Made by a program: the position numbers and the translations under genes
Assembly (NCBI GenBank): GCA_964187785.1
Contig: OZ076409.1
Coordinates: forward strand, 1,798,001-1,862,000
Length of the DNA stretch: 64,000 bases
DNA from: Amphiscolops sp. MND2022
Taxonomy: Eukaryota
Direction of reading: 5' to 3'
The notes under the pieces: model-generated
What the model saw: only the letters and a program-made list of their open reading frames with translations
Databases searched by the model: none
Told to the model about the DNA's origin: nothing
In this document: piece by piece, positions 33,336-44,084 of the stretch
How the letters are laid out: every line of letters begins with the position of its first letter
Position numbering within the stretch: position 1 is the first letter of the stretch

Positions 33336-36300
33336 ATGGCCCATTGCCCAAACAATTCAGCGCCTGCAACCGGGTCTAATAGTGCAAGGCCCCAGGAATC
33401 TGCGCGAGCGCAGAGGGTCAATCAGGCCCAATATGTCGAAGAAAGGCTGCGGGACGGTCTTTCGCCAGTAGCCGTAGCTGGGGTGGCCGCCCTACTGACC
33501 CAGCTTGAATCGATGCAAATGCTGCCAAATGCATCTTTGTCAATCACCACGGAGGTGGCAAGCTATCGTCGCACCTTGACGTGCACCAACAATGCCTGGG
33601 ATGGGCACGACCTGACTCACCAGTTCTTGGACGAAAGATCAATCGCAGTGCATGGCCCCAGCCAGGGCACCAGATTCGAACAAGAAACATCACTGCGTAT
33701 GATGCCCGTCAACGTCCCATCGCTGCCTTCCATTGCGGCACCAAATCCAGTGCAGACGACGCCGTATTCTAGCTCGATTGCTTATGGGGCACCATATGGA
33801 ACCCGGGCAACGACGACGCAGAACATTACCAATCAACCTGCCTCAAGTCGGGAGCCCTCGGGGTCCCAACCGCCATCAGTGCCTAATCTAAATCTGATTG
33901 GACGGAGTCCCAGCGAGCAAGCGGTGATTGTGGCCCTGCAGGCTGTCGCCAACTACCCCAACTCCTCTGACTTCGTTCGTGCCGTTGAGCAAAGGATTCC
34001 CGGATTGACACATTACTTGCAAGCAGCCGCTCAGCCCTCGGGCTGCGTCACCCCACCCACCACCCTAGCCGAGACTGTGTCTATGGAAGCAGAAACTACG
34101 GCTGGACCAAGCACCAGCGCCATGACCTATCCCCGTGAGGAAACTGGCCGGAAGCGACTTACTGAGGAAAATATCGTCGCTACACGCCATGATTCCGTGA
34201 CCGACAGTCCGACCAGTCGTCCCCCTCCGGACAAGCGAGCAGATGTACCCCACCAGTCGCAGATGAAAAGTGTGGGTGTCGTGAGGCCTCCATATCGCGT
34301 CGGCCACCTAGGCGTAGGCGCGCCTCAGATGTCCCTGGAAGAGGCCATCAACCGCTACGGCAGTGTGGAAGCGAATCCTGAAACGAGTCCTGTGCCCTCG
34401 GGCACAGGCTCTGCCAACATGTCCTTGGAGGTGCCCGAGACAATCGATGAGACCAATCCTCCCGCCTTTCTTCCCCCGTCCGATGATGTATCCGGCACCG
34501 TGGTGACTGGCGATAGCAAACGCATCTGGATGGCGGCAGAGTGTTTGTACCCGAACACGTGTGCGGTCAGAAGGAGTGCACCGCCGTCTGACGCCGAGCA
34601 GAAAGAAGTGAGCAGAATCACCATTGCGGCTCAGATAACTCGGTCGCTACGTGCCCGTGATGCGGACTTGAGTGAGCAAGCCTGGGAACAGCGTGCTCGA
34701 GAGCAACTGCCCGCGACACCCAACAATTATATGGCTCGCCTGCAGCATGACCTCACCGAGCAATTTCCTGCTAGGTACATGTTGCACGAAGGGGAAACCT
34801 GGGAAGCCAACGCCCGCTATGCTCGCAACATCAAATCAATGAAGCCCCTCCTGAAAGCAGCTCTGCAGCGTGCGCGCTATTGTGTGGCAGTAGATTCGAC
34901 ACTCAGGAGTGATCTCCCCATCGACAACCTTCTGCCCGATGTGCTGGTATTAACAATGCCACTCTCCCGCTTCGCTGAGGTTGCCGAGATGGTCGCGGTC
35001 ATGTACGACCCTAACCTGAGAGGGTCTCTGAGAGAGCCGCCCCCGCGACGTGTAGTCTTCACCAATCTGATCGACCACATGGCTTGTGAAGGGCTGTTAC
35101 GCAACCTGGATGCCCTCATGGCAGATACCCGCAGACCTGGGAGTGTGGCGTCCTTAGTAAACGTGGTTGCAGACGCAATGGAGCGTGCAGCAGGGATCCT
35201 TCGGGGTCGTCTGGGAGCGCTCGCGCTCTTCGCATCCCCGCCGGGATTCATGTATTGGCAACGAAGCTTGCAGCAATTTGTGTACATCCTGTCTGAGGTA
35301 TGCAAAGCGCGCCGAATCGAGTTTGCTATTTGCGCGCCAAATCTGCGGGTTGATCGAGGAGACCTACGCCCCGATGCATTGTCATACCCCGCCTTCTTTG
35401 CTGCCGTGTCAAGAGTACTAATCGCTGTGGAACGATCAGGAAATGCACAACTGACTATCGACGACGCCATACTGTTCGATCATGGAATGTGTATGGGGCG
35501 AATGGCCTTCGACTTGGACGGGAATCGCGTCATGCGAGCATCCAACATGAGTGAACGAGAGGCCGTCCGACGATACAACTGGCTGGTGCGGAAGGACAAA
35601 GAAATTCCCGTACGAGCAGAGCTGGCAGAGCTCGTGAAGGAAATTGAAGCCTGGCCTGCCACACGCACGGTCGAAAGGACCATTCCCCAGATTCGGTTTG
35701 CCGCGGGAATAGAACCCGTCAAGTTGCCCGTGGGCATGAGGTACGTCGTGGCTATAGAGGCGACCAACTTGAAGGCTGAAGTAGATGCCGCCGGAATAAC
35801 GTATGCCGAATGGTATCAGTCCAGATTCGTGGACAGGACCCTGGCCGAGGTAGCTCAAGAGCTTAACTGTCCCTTGGAAGCCTTTTGTACCAGTCTCGGA
35901 CTAGGCTGGAACATCGACGTAATAGCCTCTGAGTACTTGCTCACCAATGTGCAGACCGACAAATTGTTGGAAACCATCGGCGAAGCTACTGTAGGAGAGA
36001 TGTTAGCGCTCGCGCTAGCCATGGGCCCGACGAAGTTTGTGGCAGGTCCCCTTGCTATGCTAGTCGAGTTGGTAGTGTCCAGTGATCTAGTCACCTTCTA
36101 CAGCTACCTGATCCTCGCGCAGGGACAACTACGCAGCCTAACTCGATGGGGCCACCTCCTAAATTCCAAGGACCAGCAAGATTATGTCGCCCAGCTGGAA
36201 CGCATGCGTGCGTCCCTCCAACATTGGTTGTACTCCACCCTAGTGTTCGCCTCTGGCTTGTTCGTAGGCGTGGATCAATCGCAACCCCTCCACCATTCCG

Positions 36301-37616
36301 AGCGTCAACTCCCTGCGGAAACGGCGGGATTCCCCATGCCCCAGCAAATCGCCGATTTGACTCTGGCCGAAGTGGAGGACTTCGTGGCCGTTATGGCTTC
36401 CGTCCTGGCCCCAATCTTCGGTGCGGTCGGTGTGTGCCGGTATCCCACCAAACCACTGGCGAGAACAGTACAGGTGCATATGGTCTCCTTCTGCACCTAT
36501 CTCCAAGGACGGCCCCCACTGACCTATCAGCGAATCGTGCAGGCTGTATTGAGTGGCGAGATGCCGCACGGGTACACCACCTTGAAGTCGGAGAAACAAC
36601 TAGAAGAGAATTTGATGGGTCTGTTGCGTGCCCGCACACGAAAGGCGTGCCCTTTGCCACGAGAATACGGCCCAGTCAACTGGTACTTCGCACCTCTCAG
36701 CCTGAATGGAGTCCCCTTTAGATTCCCCTGGTCGCAGGAGTTCATACGCAAGGTGATCCGTGCCAGCACTAGTGCTGGTCCACCCGTAGATCCCCTGTAC
36801 GCCTTCAAATGCATCACTTTCCCAAATCACTACTGGAAGGAGCCACTGGGATGGCCTAGAGCAAAACCCGTTGGTCGCGCCCCTGAAGCCTTCAATCGAC
36901 AAATCCAGTATATGGAATTGGCTCGAATCCCAAACTGGATTGAAGGAGCAGCTCAGACTCGTCAGAGGAACCTGCAGAGCCGTGTGACTCCGTTCCCAAG
37001 AAAAGCTGCCTGGCGACCGCAAGCCAAGATGACAATGTCAGGGGATATGTCCATCGTCCAACACGATGAGATTAATTCTGTGCTAGGCTCTGAAGCCCGC
37101 GCAGAGTGGGAAGGACATTGTTTGGAGCTGGAAATTGCCAGCTTCCCCAAATGGAAGCGAGCTTGCGAGCTATGGAGTCAGCCTTGCTGGGTCTCCAAGC
37201 GGATATCCTTGGCCGTGGAGAGTAGAGCTGAACTCGAGAGACAACAGGCGTTCGCGCCTACCATGCTGGCACCCACAATGGCCATGTCACTAAGTCAGCC
37301 CATCGACCGGCCCGTGACTCTGGATTTGCCCACTCACATCCTGCAGGCAGAGCCTGTGAGTCCACCATCGACACAAGCCAGTCCTCAGTCATCGCAACCC
37401 CAGACCGGAGAACACGACGCTGAATTGACCCCCAGCACTATCCTGGTGCAACCAATCGCCGATTTAATGCTCCCAGAGGACCTGTCAGACTCGGAAACAG
37501 TAGTGACTGTGGTTCCTGCTCAACGTAGGGCGTCAATTGCGTCGGAAGATGCCAGCAATCCAGGAACTCCCGATGATGCCATAAAGACTCGAACTCGACG
37601 CAGCTCAGCCCAATGA
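33336..37616 (+). CDS. Accessory ORF2 of the Gypsy element, 1426 aa, unknown function, putative degenerate SGNH-fold domain
   Basis: Intact 4.3-kb ORF between pol and the 3' LTR. S/P/T-rich termini, no N-terminal signal peptide, SGNH-like blocks at ~34875-35430. Confidence 0.9.
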   Translation: MAHCPNNSAPATGSNSARPQESARAQRVNQAQYVEERLRDGLSPVAVAGVAALLTQLESMQMLPNASLSITTEVASYRRTLTCTNNAWDGHDLTHQFLDERSIAVHGPSQGTRFEQETSLRMMPVNVPSLPSIAAPNPVQTTPYSSSIAYGAPYGTRATTTQNITNQPASSREPSGSQPPSVPNLNLIGRSPSEQAVIVALQAVANYPNSSDFVRAVEQRIPGLTHYLQAAAQPSGCVTPPTTLAETVSMEAETTAGPSTSAMTYPREETGRKRLTEENIVATRHDSVTDSPTSRPPPDKRADVPHQSQMKSVGVVRPPYRVGHLGVGAPQMSLEEAINRYGSVEANPETSPVPSGTGSANMSLEVPETIDETNPPAFLPPSDDVSGTVVTGDSKRIWMAAECLYPNTCAVRRSAPPSDAEQKEVSRITIAAQITRSLRARDADLSEQAWEQRAREQLPATPNNYMARLQHDLTEQFPARYMLHEGETWEANARYARNIKSMKPLLKAALQRARYCVAVDSTLRSDLPIDNLLPDVLVLTMPLSRFAEVAEMVAVMYDPNLRGSLREPPPRRVVFTNLIDHMACEGLLRNLDALMADTRRPGSVASLVNVVADAMERAAGILRGRLGALALFASPPGFMYWQRSLQQFVYILSEVCKARRIEFAICAPNLRVDRGDLRPDALSYPAFFAAVSRVLIAVERSGNAQLTIDDAILFDHGMCMGRMAFDLDGNRVMRASNMSEREAVRRYNWLVRKDKEIPVRAELAELVKEIEAWPATRTVERTIPQIRFAAGIEPVKLPVGMRYVVAIEATNLKAEVDAAGITYAEWYQSRFVDRTLAEVAQELNCPLEAFCTSLGLGWNIDVIASEYLLTNVQTDKLLETIGEATVGEMLALALAMGPTKFVAGPLAMLVELVVSSDLVTFYSYLILAQGQLRSLTRWGHLLNSKDQQDYVAQLERMRASLQHWLYSTLVFASGLFVGVDQSQPLHHSERQLPAETAGFPMPQQIADLTLAEVEDFVAVMASVLAPIFGAVGVCRYPTKPLARTVQVHMVSFCTYLQGRPPLTYQRIVQAVLSGEMPHGYTTLKSEKQLEENLMGLLRARTRKACPLPREYGPVNWYFAPLSLNGVPFRFPWSQEFIRKVIRASTSAGPPVDPLYAFKCITFPNHYWKEPLGWPRAKPVGRAPEAFNRQIQYMELARIPNWIEGAAQTRQRNLQSRVTPFPRKAAWRPQAKMTMSGDMSIVQHDEINSVLGSEARAEWEGHCLELEIASFPKWKRACELWSQPCWVSKRISLAVESRAELERQQAFAPTMLAPTMAMSLSQPIDRPVTLDLPTHILQAEPVSPPSTQASPQSSQPQTGEHDAELTPSTILVQPIADLMLPEDLSDSETVVTVVPAQRRASIASEDASNPGTPDDAIKTRTRRSSAQ

Positions 37617-38387
37617 ACCCTGCCGCTAATGGGAGCGTTCGCGCTCCCTATAGACTCTAAACTCTACCGAAACTGTGCCTTCAAACTTATCGCTTTAGCC
37701 GGTGCTACCCTTACATGGTGCAAATTTTTGTTCATAGTTATTACTTAGTTATTGTACTGTTAGTAATGCGCTGGGTGTACGGTTAATAGAGTGCACCTGC
37801 CCCAGCTGCTTCGCCTACAAAGTAAAAAAGAATCTATTACCAAAGAAAAACTGTTATTTCTGTTGCGCACCGTTCGCGGTGTTTTTGAGTTGCCATGGTC
37901 TAGAAAAAGTCTTAGCCTTTTAGTTACAATTTTTGCCGTTTTTCCTTGTGTTTTGGTGCTCAAGCACCTTCTATCGACTGTCTAAGGAGTAGCCGAAGCG
38001 GCGCCCTCCCAAAAGAAGTTTTATGTTGTCCGAAATTGATCGAAAACTGTAAATGTCAAGTTGCACAAAAAAGGAAATTTTAGCTGACCTTGGTCGCAAA
38101 AGAAATTTTAGCGAAAACTGCTTGCCCAAACGAGTTTTAACCGACTGAAAACCTTAGCTCTCGAGCTGGTGCTAAAACCTCGTTTGCACTATTTGTAAAA
38201 ATACTAGGCAGTAAAATTTTCTTTGAAAAAAACAGCGAAATTTGTCAAAAATAGTTGCTGAAAAACAAGGACTCGTCCTTGTCCCCTGTGGTGTGGATGA
38301 TGATCCCCAGCATTCTCAGCGATGCCGTTTCCAGACGAGGCCAGATGCCGCTTGCCAGGGACGACAAGCCAGAAGCCCGGGGAGTGA

Positions 38388-39108
38388 TGTAACGGCAACT
38401 GCCCATGTCAAAATTTTCGAAGCAAAAATTCGTTCAAATCTGACGTGGCACTCAAACATGCTTCAGACGAAAGACCTGTCAAAAAAAGCAGATCCGAAAT
38501 CAGAAATCGCCCCCGCGAGAGAGGACGAAAAGAGAAGACGTAGAAAACAGTCCCTAGAACACGGTGAAGTGCCCATCTATGGTCTTTGGCGTTTACACTA
38601 CATAGGTAACAGAAACCGGTGTTCCAGATGCTCGCCTGAAGATCCTGCGGCGTCCTGTGCGGTGACGAGCGCTAGCGCTGGGAAGCCATGGTCAATTCGC
38701 TCCTGCTAAAAACTCAAACTTCTGATATTGTTGTGCTTATTGTGCTTTCCTTGTTGTAGTAGATTGATATGCTCGAGAGCTGCTCATTTACATCTATGGT
38801 TACCCCTTTTTGATGTCGATTTTATCAGATTCTCCAATACTATGGCTCAACATCCTCCTGTTTTCAGCCCCCTTTTTAAAGGCTAATTGAGCAGTGGTCT
38901 TGAGACATGCAAGATGCCCGTTACTTTTAGCAGTTACAGACTAGGACCAGGCCAGAGAGTTTCCAACAAGACGGTTCCCCCACCTTGGGACTGGCTCCTT
39001 CGGAGGGAAAATGAGCTAGGGCCGCGGAGATCTAGGTCCCAGATTATATTCGCTGTTCTAGTTCCTCCATTCTACGTTGCGGTTCAAGCGCCAGCGCTTA
39101 TCGTTACA
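38388..39108 (+). repeat. 3' LTR of Gypsy element
   Basis: Preceded by purine-rich AGAAGCCCGGGGAGTGA; TGTAACG...CGTTACA. Confidence 0.98.
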
Positions 39109-39268
39109 TCAAATTGGAATTCATAGTTTTGCAAGATGTCTTACAGTTGATGTGGGGGGGGGGGGGGGTATTCCTCAATTTTAAGTGCTTTTATCGCTCA
39201 TCGTCCGCACATTCTTGATGAAACATTGTTAAAATTGTTGTCTATCAAGTACAATAGAAGGCTGTAAT
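39109..39268 (+). pseudogene. hAT-like transposase remnant, right of the Gypsy insertion
   Basis: IGIHSFARCLTVDV[poly-G]..SILSAFIAHRPHILDETLLKLLSIKYNRRL* resembles the ..AP.TS.DVER.FS.......R C-terminal pattern. Confidence 0.45.
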
Positions 39269-40273
39269 TCTTGTTTTCCCTTGAAATTGAGAGAAAATGC
39301 TCGTCAAAAAATGCCGAATTTTATTTTTCGTGGTCACGGATTCTTTTAAAGCTGTGAATTGAAAACATCAAATAAAACAAATTATGGATTTTAGCAAATG
39401 TTTCATTTCATCGAACGTTGGGATAAATGTTTCAACAAGCAAAAGCATCATGTGAAGAAATAACGAACAGAAACGGAGGCTAACCATTTTCTGAGATCAA
39501 TCTCTGGAATGGAATTAACGTCGCAATCCGGAGCTCTGGCTAAAACGGCAGCTTTAAATTGATCCAATTTTTCACTTTCCATCTCTAACAAATACCTTTC
39601 GTGAGTAAACTATTTAAACAATTGATATACAATTTTGGAGTCACATATAATAATAAGAGGAACAATTACAATTAATGAAACAATGAAGAATAGGAATACG
39701 ATCTTTGTTTCAATATTTATAAACTTCTGTTCATAACTTTTGCTTTGTAAGCTCGTATGATTTTTGTTTATGGGACAAACAATAATCTTCAAAGTGCCCA
39801 ACCGAAAATCATGGAGAATGTAATAAATGCACGAAAGATTCGATTTATTTGCAAACTAACAAATTTCAACGCTCGCCTAATTTGGAATGGCAAATGATAG
39901 GGGTTCGCTGATCATGAGAATACAAAGCATCGAAAGACATCGAAGATTTGGCTGACACTGTTTCGGTTACATAATATTCAACATTAGCATAGAACGAAGA
40001 TTACCAAATCAATGTTTAAAGCGGACGAGGGCTCTAGTCACTGAAGGTATTGCTTGCAACAAAGACTTCTTAGAAAACCCTGAATTTTATGAAATGAGAA
40101 GCAAATTTGAAACTCAAACTTAAACCAAACAGAAGTGTTCTCAAAGTTTCGTATACAATGTTTGATTTCATCTGAGCGACTTGAACGTTGTGAAATGCTG
40201 TCAGGATTTTTGAAGCTGCAGGGTAGTTTTACAAGAATTTTGCATGCAGGTCCCTGGTTTTCTTTGTTTTATA

Positions 40274-41015
40274 AACAAGCCAGGAACGGCATAAGTCAGC
40301 ACTCCGTTTGAGGCCCAAAAAAAAAAGCAAAAGGACTTCAAAGTGTCAAGTATTCCCTTCCAAAGTACCCGAAAACCCAAAGGGGGATCGAACTCGTGCG
40401 ACGAACCATTTATGCCTTTTTCATACTGTTGCAAAAGATCAAAAAAATGGAGGGGACCCTTTGAAGACATTGGAAATTTTTTGGAAAAAAACGAAAAATG
40501 AGAATTTGGAACAGTCTCATAGTGCCGAAAATGTAAAAGGTAAAACAATTTGGGTTTTTTAACATCCATTCTGTTGCAAATTATTAAAACAATTGAAGGA
40601 GGATCCATTAGAAATATTGAAGAATTTTCGAGACGAAAAACGAAAAATGAGAATTATGAACACTCTCATAGTGCCAAAAAATGTGAAAGGGGGAACCATT
40701 TGGGCTTTTCCAAAATCCATTTGGTTGCAAAAAAGAATTTAAAAATTTAAAAGAACCCTTTTGAAGAGAAACATTAAAAAATTTTAAACATTTTTCACTC
40801 ACAGTGCTGGAAAAAATTCGAAACGAGACAGTCCGGTTTTGAATGTTACGGTAAAAAAATAACTATTATAGTTCAATTTCCTGGGTCAAATGATGCAATT
40901 TGACCCCCTCAAAATGTTGTAGATATTTTGGTAGAACTAATTTGGTCAGTTCGTGTGGATTGAAAAAAAGAGTCACTATAATAGTCGCGTTTCACTTCAT
41001 GAAGCGCCGACTAAA
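40274..41015 (-). mobile_element. HINE-like repeat copy
   Basis: AACAAGCCAGGAACGGC..AAGTCAGCAC at the left end and AGCGCCGACTAAAA at the right end; internal GGGGACCCTTT / CATAGTGCC repeats. Confidence 0.65.
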
Positions 41016-44000
41016 AATTAGACTGCATGCATCTATGTTAAGAGCCATGTTTATTCGACTACAGTTCTTGACGTTGACACTAGAATTAAAACTCCTAAAA
41101 GAATTAAAACTTTTATAGTGAGTAATTGATACCGAAAATAACCGCAAATACCTACCAATGTTGTAATAGCTAACAATTTATATTAAAATATCTGACAAGC
41201 TTGCACAGTGCTGTGATTAAGGAATCATCCCCCAGGCTAATTTGAGATTCCATTTTCTGGAAGCCGGTTCAATAATTAGAAAACCATCAGAAATGAAAGT
41301 TTCTTTTCGTCTTCTGATTTTTGAAATAGGAAAATTTTGCAAATTTCTTTCCAAATTTTAAGGCAATTTTTGGACAGTTTTTGAACAATAATGAATCCAA
41401 AAAGTTTTGAGACGAGCAATTTATGCAATTCTGGCAACTTATGCTTTAAACAGTTTCAAAATTAAGCCAAAATTTTCAAAAATGTCCAATTTTTGACAAA
41501 TAAATTGCAGTTTTTGCAAAATGTTTGAAGTTTCCGACATTGGAATACGCATAGATGTGGAATGTAGAGGTCACAGACTGAACTACTTTAGACAGAGAGT
41601 TGTTTAAGCATATTTAATAACAAACTCTAATTTCTGTCATATTTATGGTATTGCATTACATTACATAGATCTCATTACATTTTGATACTTTGATACAAGA
41701 TAGTTGAAAGAAAGCTCTTTGTCACTTAGATGACCTCAAAAATTAAGCATTTTTGTTCAAAATTTGAGAGTTTAACACAATTTTGTACAAGTTTGAAAAA
41801 TTTTCGTACAAATGAACATCTGCACAGTTCAAACACACAACATTCACTTTATGAGTATAACTTCTATAAGCGAAATCCGAAGTTTAATATTGAAAACTCT
41901 ACAAAAAGGGCAAAAACGCATTTTCTCGATAATTGACTTTTTTGTGCAACATTTCTTCATTTTCTGAAAACTTTGTGGTTGTTTTTACAAAAATTTCAAA
42001 GAAAAACAACAATTTACTAAGCACAATTTTCGAGGGATTTATCTGAGTGTTATAAGAAAAAGGCACGAAAAGGACAGAAGGATTTTTGCATTTTGTTTCA
42101 GTTACTTGATGTTTTTTTGAATAAAAAGTTGACTATATATCTCATTTTTTCAAAGGTTAATAAAATTATTATTCAGGCAAAAAGCCTAGATGAACCAAAA
42201 CAAAATTTCGAAGGTTTCAAATAAAATTCAGAGTGTTTGCGAAAGGAAAGTGTATATCCAAAAAGTAACCAAGTTTTTACTTCTAAAGTATTTGGGCTAG
42301 GAATTTTTTTCGAAGAAAATGTTTGCAGCCTTGCATGGATCTTTTTTGCATGTTTAAAGCTGCTTGGAAATGAACAGGGAATTGATGCCAGGATTTTCCA
42401 AGCTGCAAGGAGTTTTACAACAATTTTTCATGCAGGCTCCCTGAATTTTCTATGTTTTTCTATTCAGTGCCTTTACGACCCAGTGGGTTCCTTCTGTGTT
42501 CTGTTTGTGCCAGACTTGCCGTGGTACCAACCCATTTATGGTTGTCGTCAACTTTTGGCCTGGCGCACTTTGCAAGAACTCAATCCTGTCTGGAACACTG
42601 TGTCGAAGTGTACATGCAAAATGACCATGCAAATCACAGCTGAACCGAAAATCACAACGTGAACGCTTCGGAAAGTAACACCTGTGACCCCTGTGATTTA
42701 AAGAAATTGTAAATTAATAATTAGTTATAACTTATGTTGGTGATTATTCCTGATATTTGAGGACATTATCCAATTACTTTTCGGGTGTCACTTGTGCAAA
42801 TTTTGTATCAATTACATATTTTATTCGACAAAATCATTAAATTTTCATATTCTCTATTTAGTGAAATTTTTCTAAAAATTTAGCTTGCGTGCTTTAATAC
42901 TGCATGTAAAAAATTCCTGGAGTTTCGACCATTCCTGGAGTTTCGACCAGGGAGCAGTCACACCTTTGTGACCTTTTGTAAGTCACTTCGAAATCACAAC
43001 TTTGGGTCGACGGTCTTTTACCACTTGGTACTCTCTAAGGGTTACCAAGAGGAGGCACACTTTTGCATGTTTTGGTGAGTATGAGTATCATGAGAGTTCA
43101 TAAGCAAAATGAACTTTTCTTCGTTTTCTTATTCGCTGAATTGTTTTCAATTAGATGAACCAAAAATCGTCAAAATGAATCATTTTTTAAACTTTTTTCG
43201 GAATTTCGTAGTTCACTGGCTTCTCCCGTGTTCTCAAAGTATGCTGGTGCTGAAATAGGCCGGGTGGAAACGAATTTGCTGCTCAATGACAGTCTTGTTC
43301 CAAAATTGAATTAAACAAAATACGCTGCAAAAATTGTATAATAAAAGTTTGGTCGCTGTTTGTCAACAGAAAAAGTGGTACAAAATTCTTGCCCACGATT
43401 GCTTTAAAGACTACAGCTTTCTTTAAAACCAACTTTACAATGATTCATTCAACTCGTTTTCATTCAGAAAAACGGTTATAATGATTCATTCCGTACTTTT
43501 CTGAAATTTTACGTTTTTCTTCTGAAGTGTACAACGTTTTATTTTCTTCTCAAAAAATTTGCTCATTCTTTTATTCATCCAAACTAAGAACATAACCAAA
43601 AATGACTCACTTTTGACGTATTACACCCAAGTTTCTCGTGATTAAATTTAGCAGGCCATAAGTAATCAACTTTTAGAAAACTTTTGCCTTGCGTTTTGAA
43701 AATTTGAAAAAACTTGCCTGGAAAATATTGATTCCAGCACTAATTGTAGTTTTGCTGAGATACGAAAAACGCCAGACTCACAAAAACAGGAAATCAGTTT
43801 TGAAATTAAAAGACCTCCTTTGTTCAATGATAAGTTTCTTAGTTTTCATGAAATTTTCCGCTTTCAGATCAATTCTGTGCAATTAATCGTTAGAAAATTG
43901 CACCCGTGAAAACTGAATTGTCAACATATAGCAGAAAATAGATGAAACTAAGTTCAAAGTTGCTTTTTTTAGAGTGAAAGTAACGTTACTTTGGCCCAAC

Positions 44001-44048
44001 TTTTTGTGACAGATTGAATTTGATTGCGTTTCTCGAAATCCAACAGAA

Positions 44049-44084
44049 ATGACCGACTCGAATGAGCTAAGCTCAACTCCGAAG
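44049..44084 (+). CDS. Candidate first coding exon of TMEM272-like gene
   Basis: ATG..MTDSNELSSTPK then AAG|GTGAGT; phase 0 fits the exon at 50316. Confidence 0.4.

Larger units (their letters stand above)
21034..39108 (+). mobile_element. Full-length Ty3/Gypsy LTR retrotransposon (18,075 bp) with an extra 3' ORF
   Basis: Two 721-bp LTRs TGTAACG...CGTTACA, PBS, PPT, gag-PR-RT-RH-IN order, flanked by TCA on both sides. Confidence 0.98.

Noticed and set aside
24290..37150. Numerous antisense and alternate-frame ORFs inside Gypsy coding regions
   Set aside because: Shadow ORFs expected in GC-richer coding DNA, with no recognisable motifs.
33336..37616. Envelope glycoprotein call for ORF2
   Set aside because: No signal peptide, no clear C-terminal transmembrane anchor and no recognisable fusion-protein pattern.
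39154..39168. G15 run as a G-quadruplex element
   Set aside because: An isolated homopolymer within a decayed transposase; slippage or a sequencing artefact is more likely.
42450..42662. GC-richer patch with ORFs on both strands
   Set aside because: Neither a consistent splice donor nor a protein motif could be identified.
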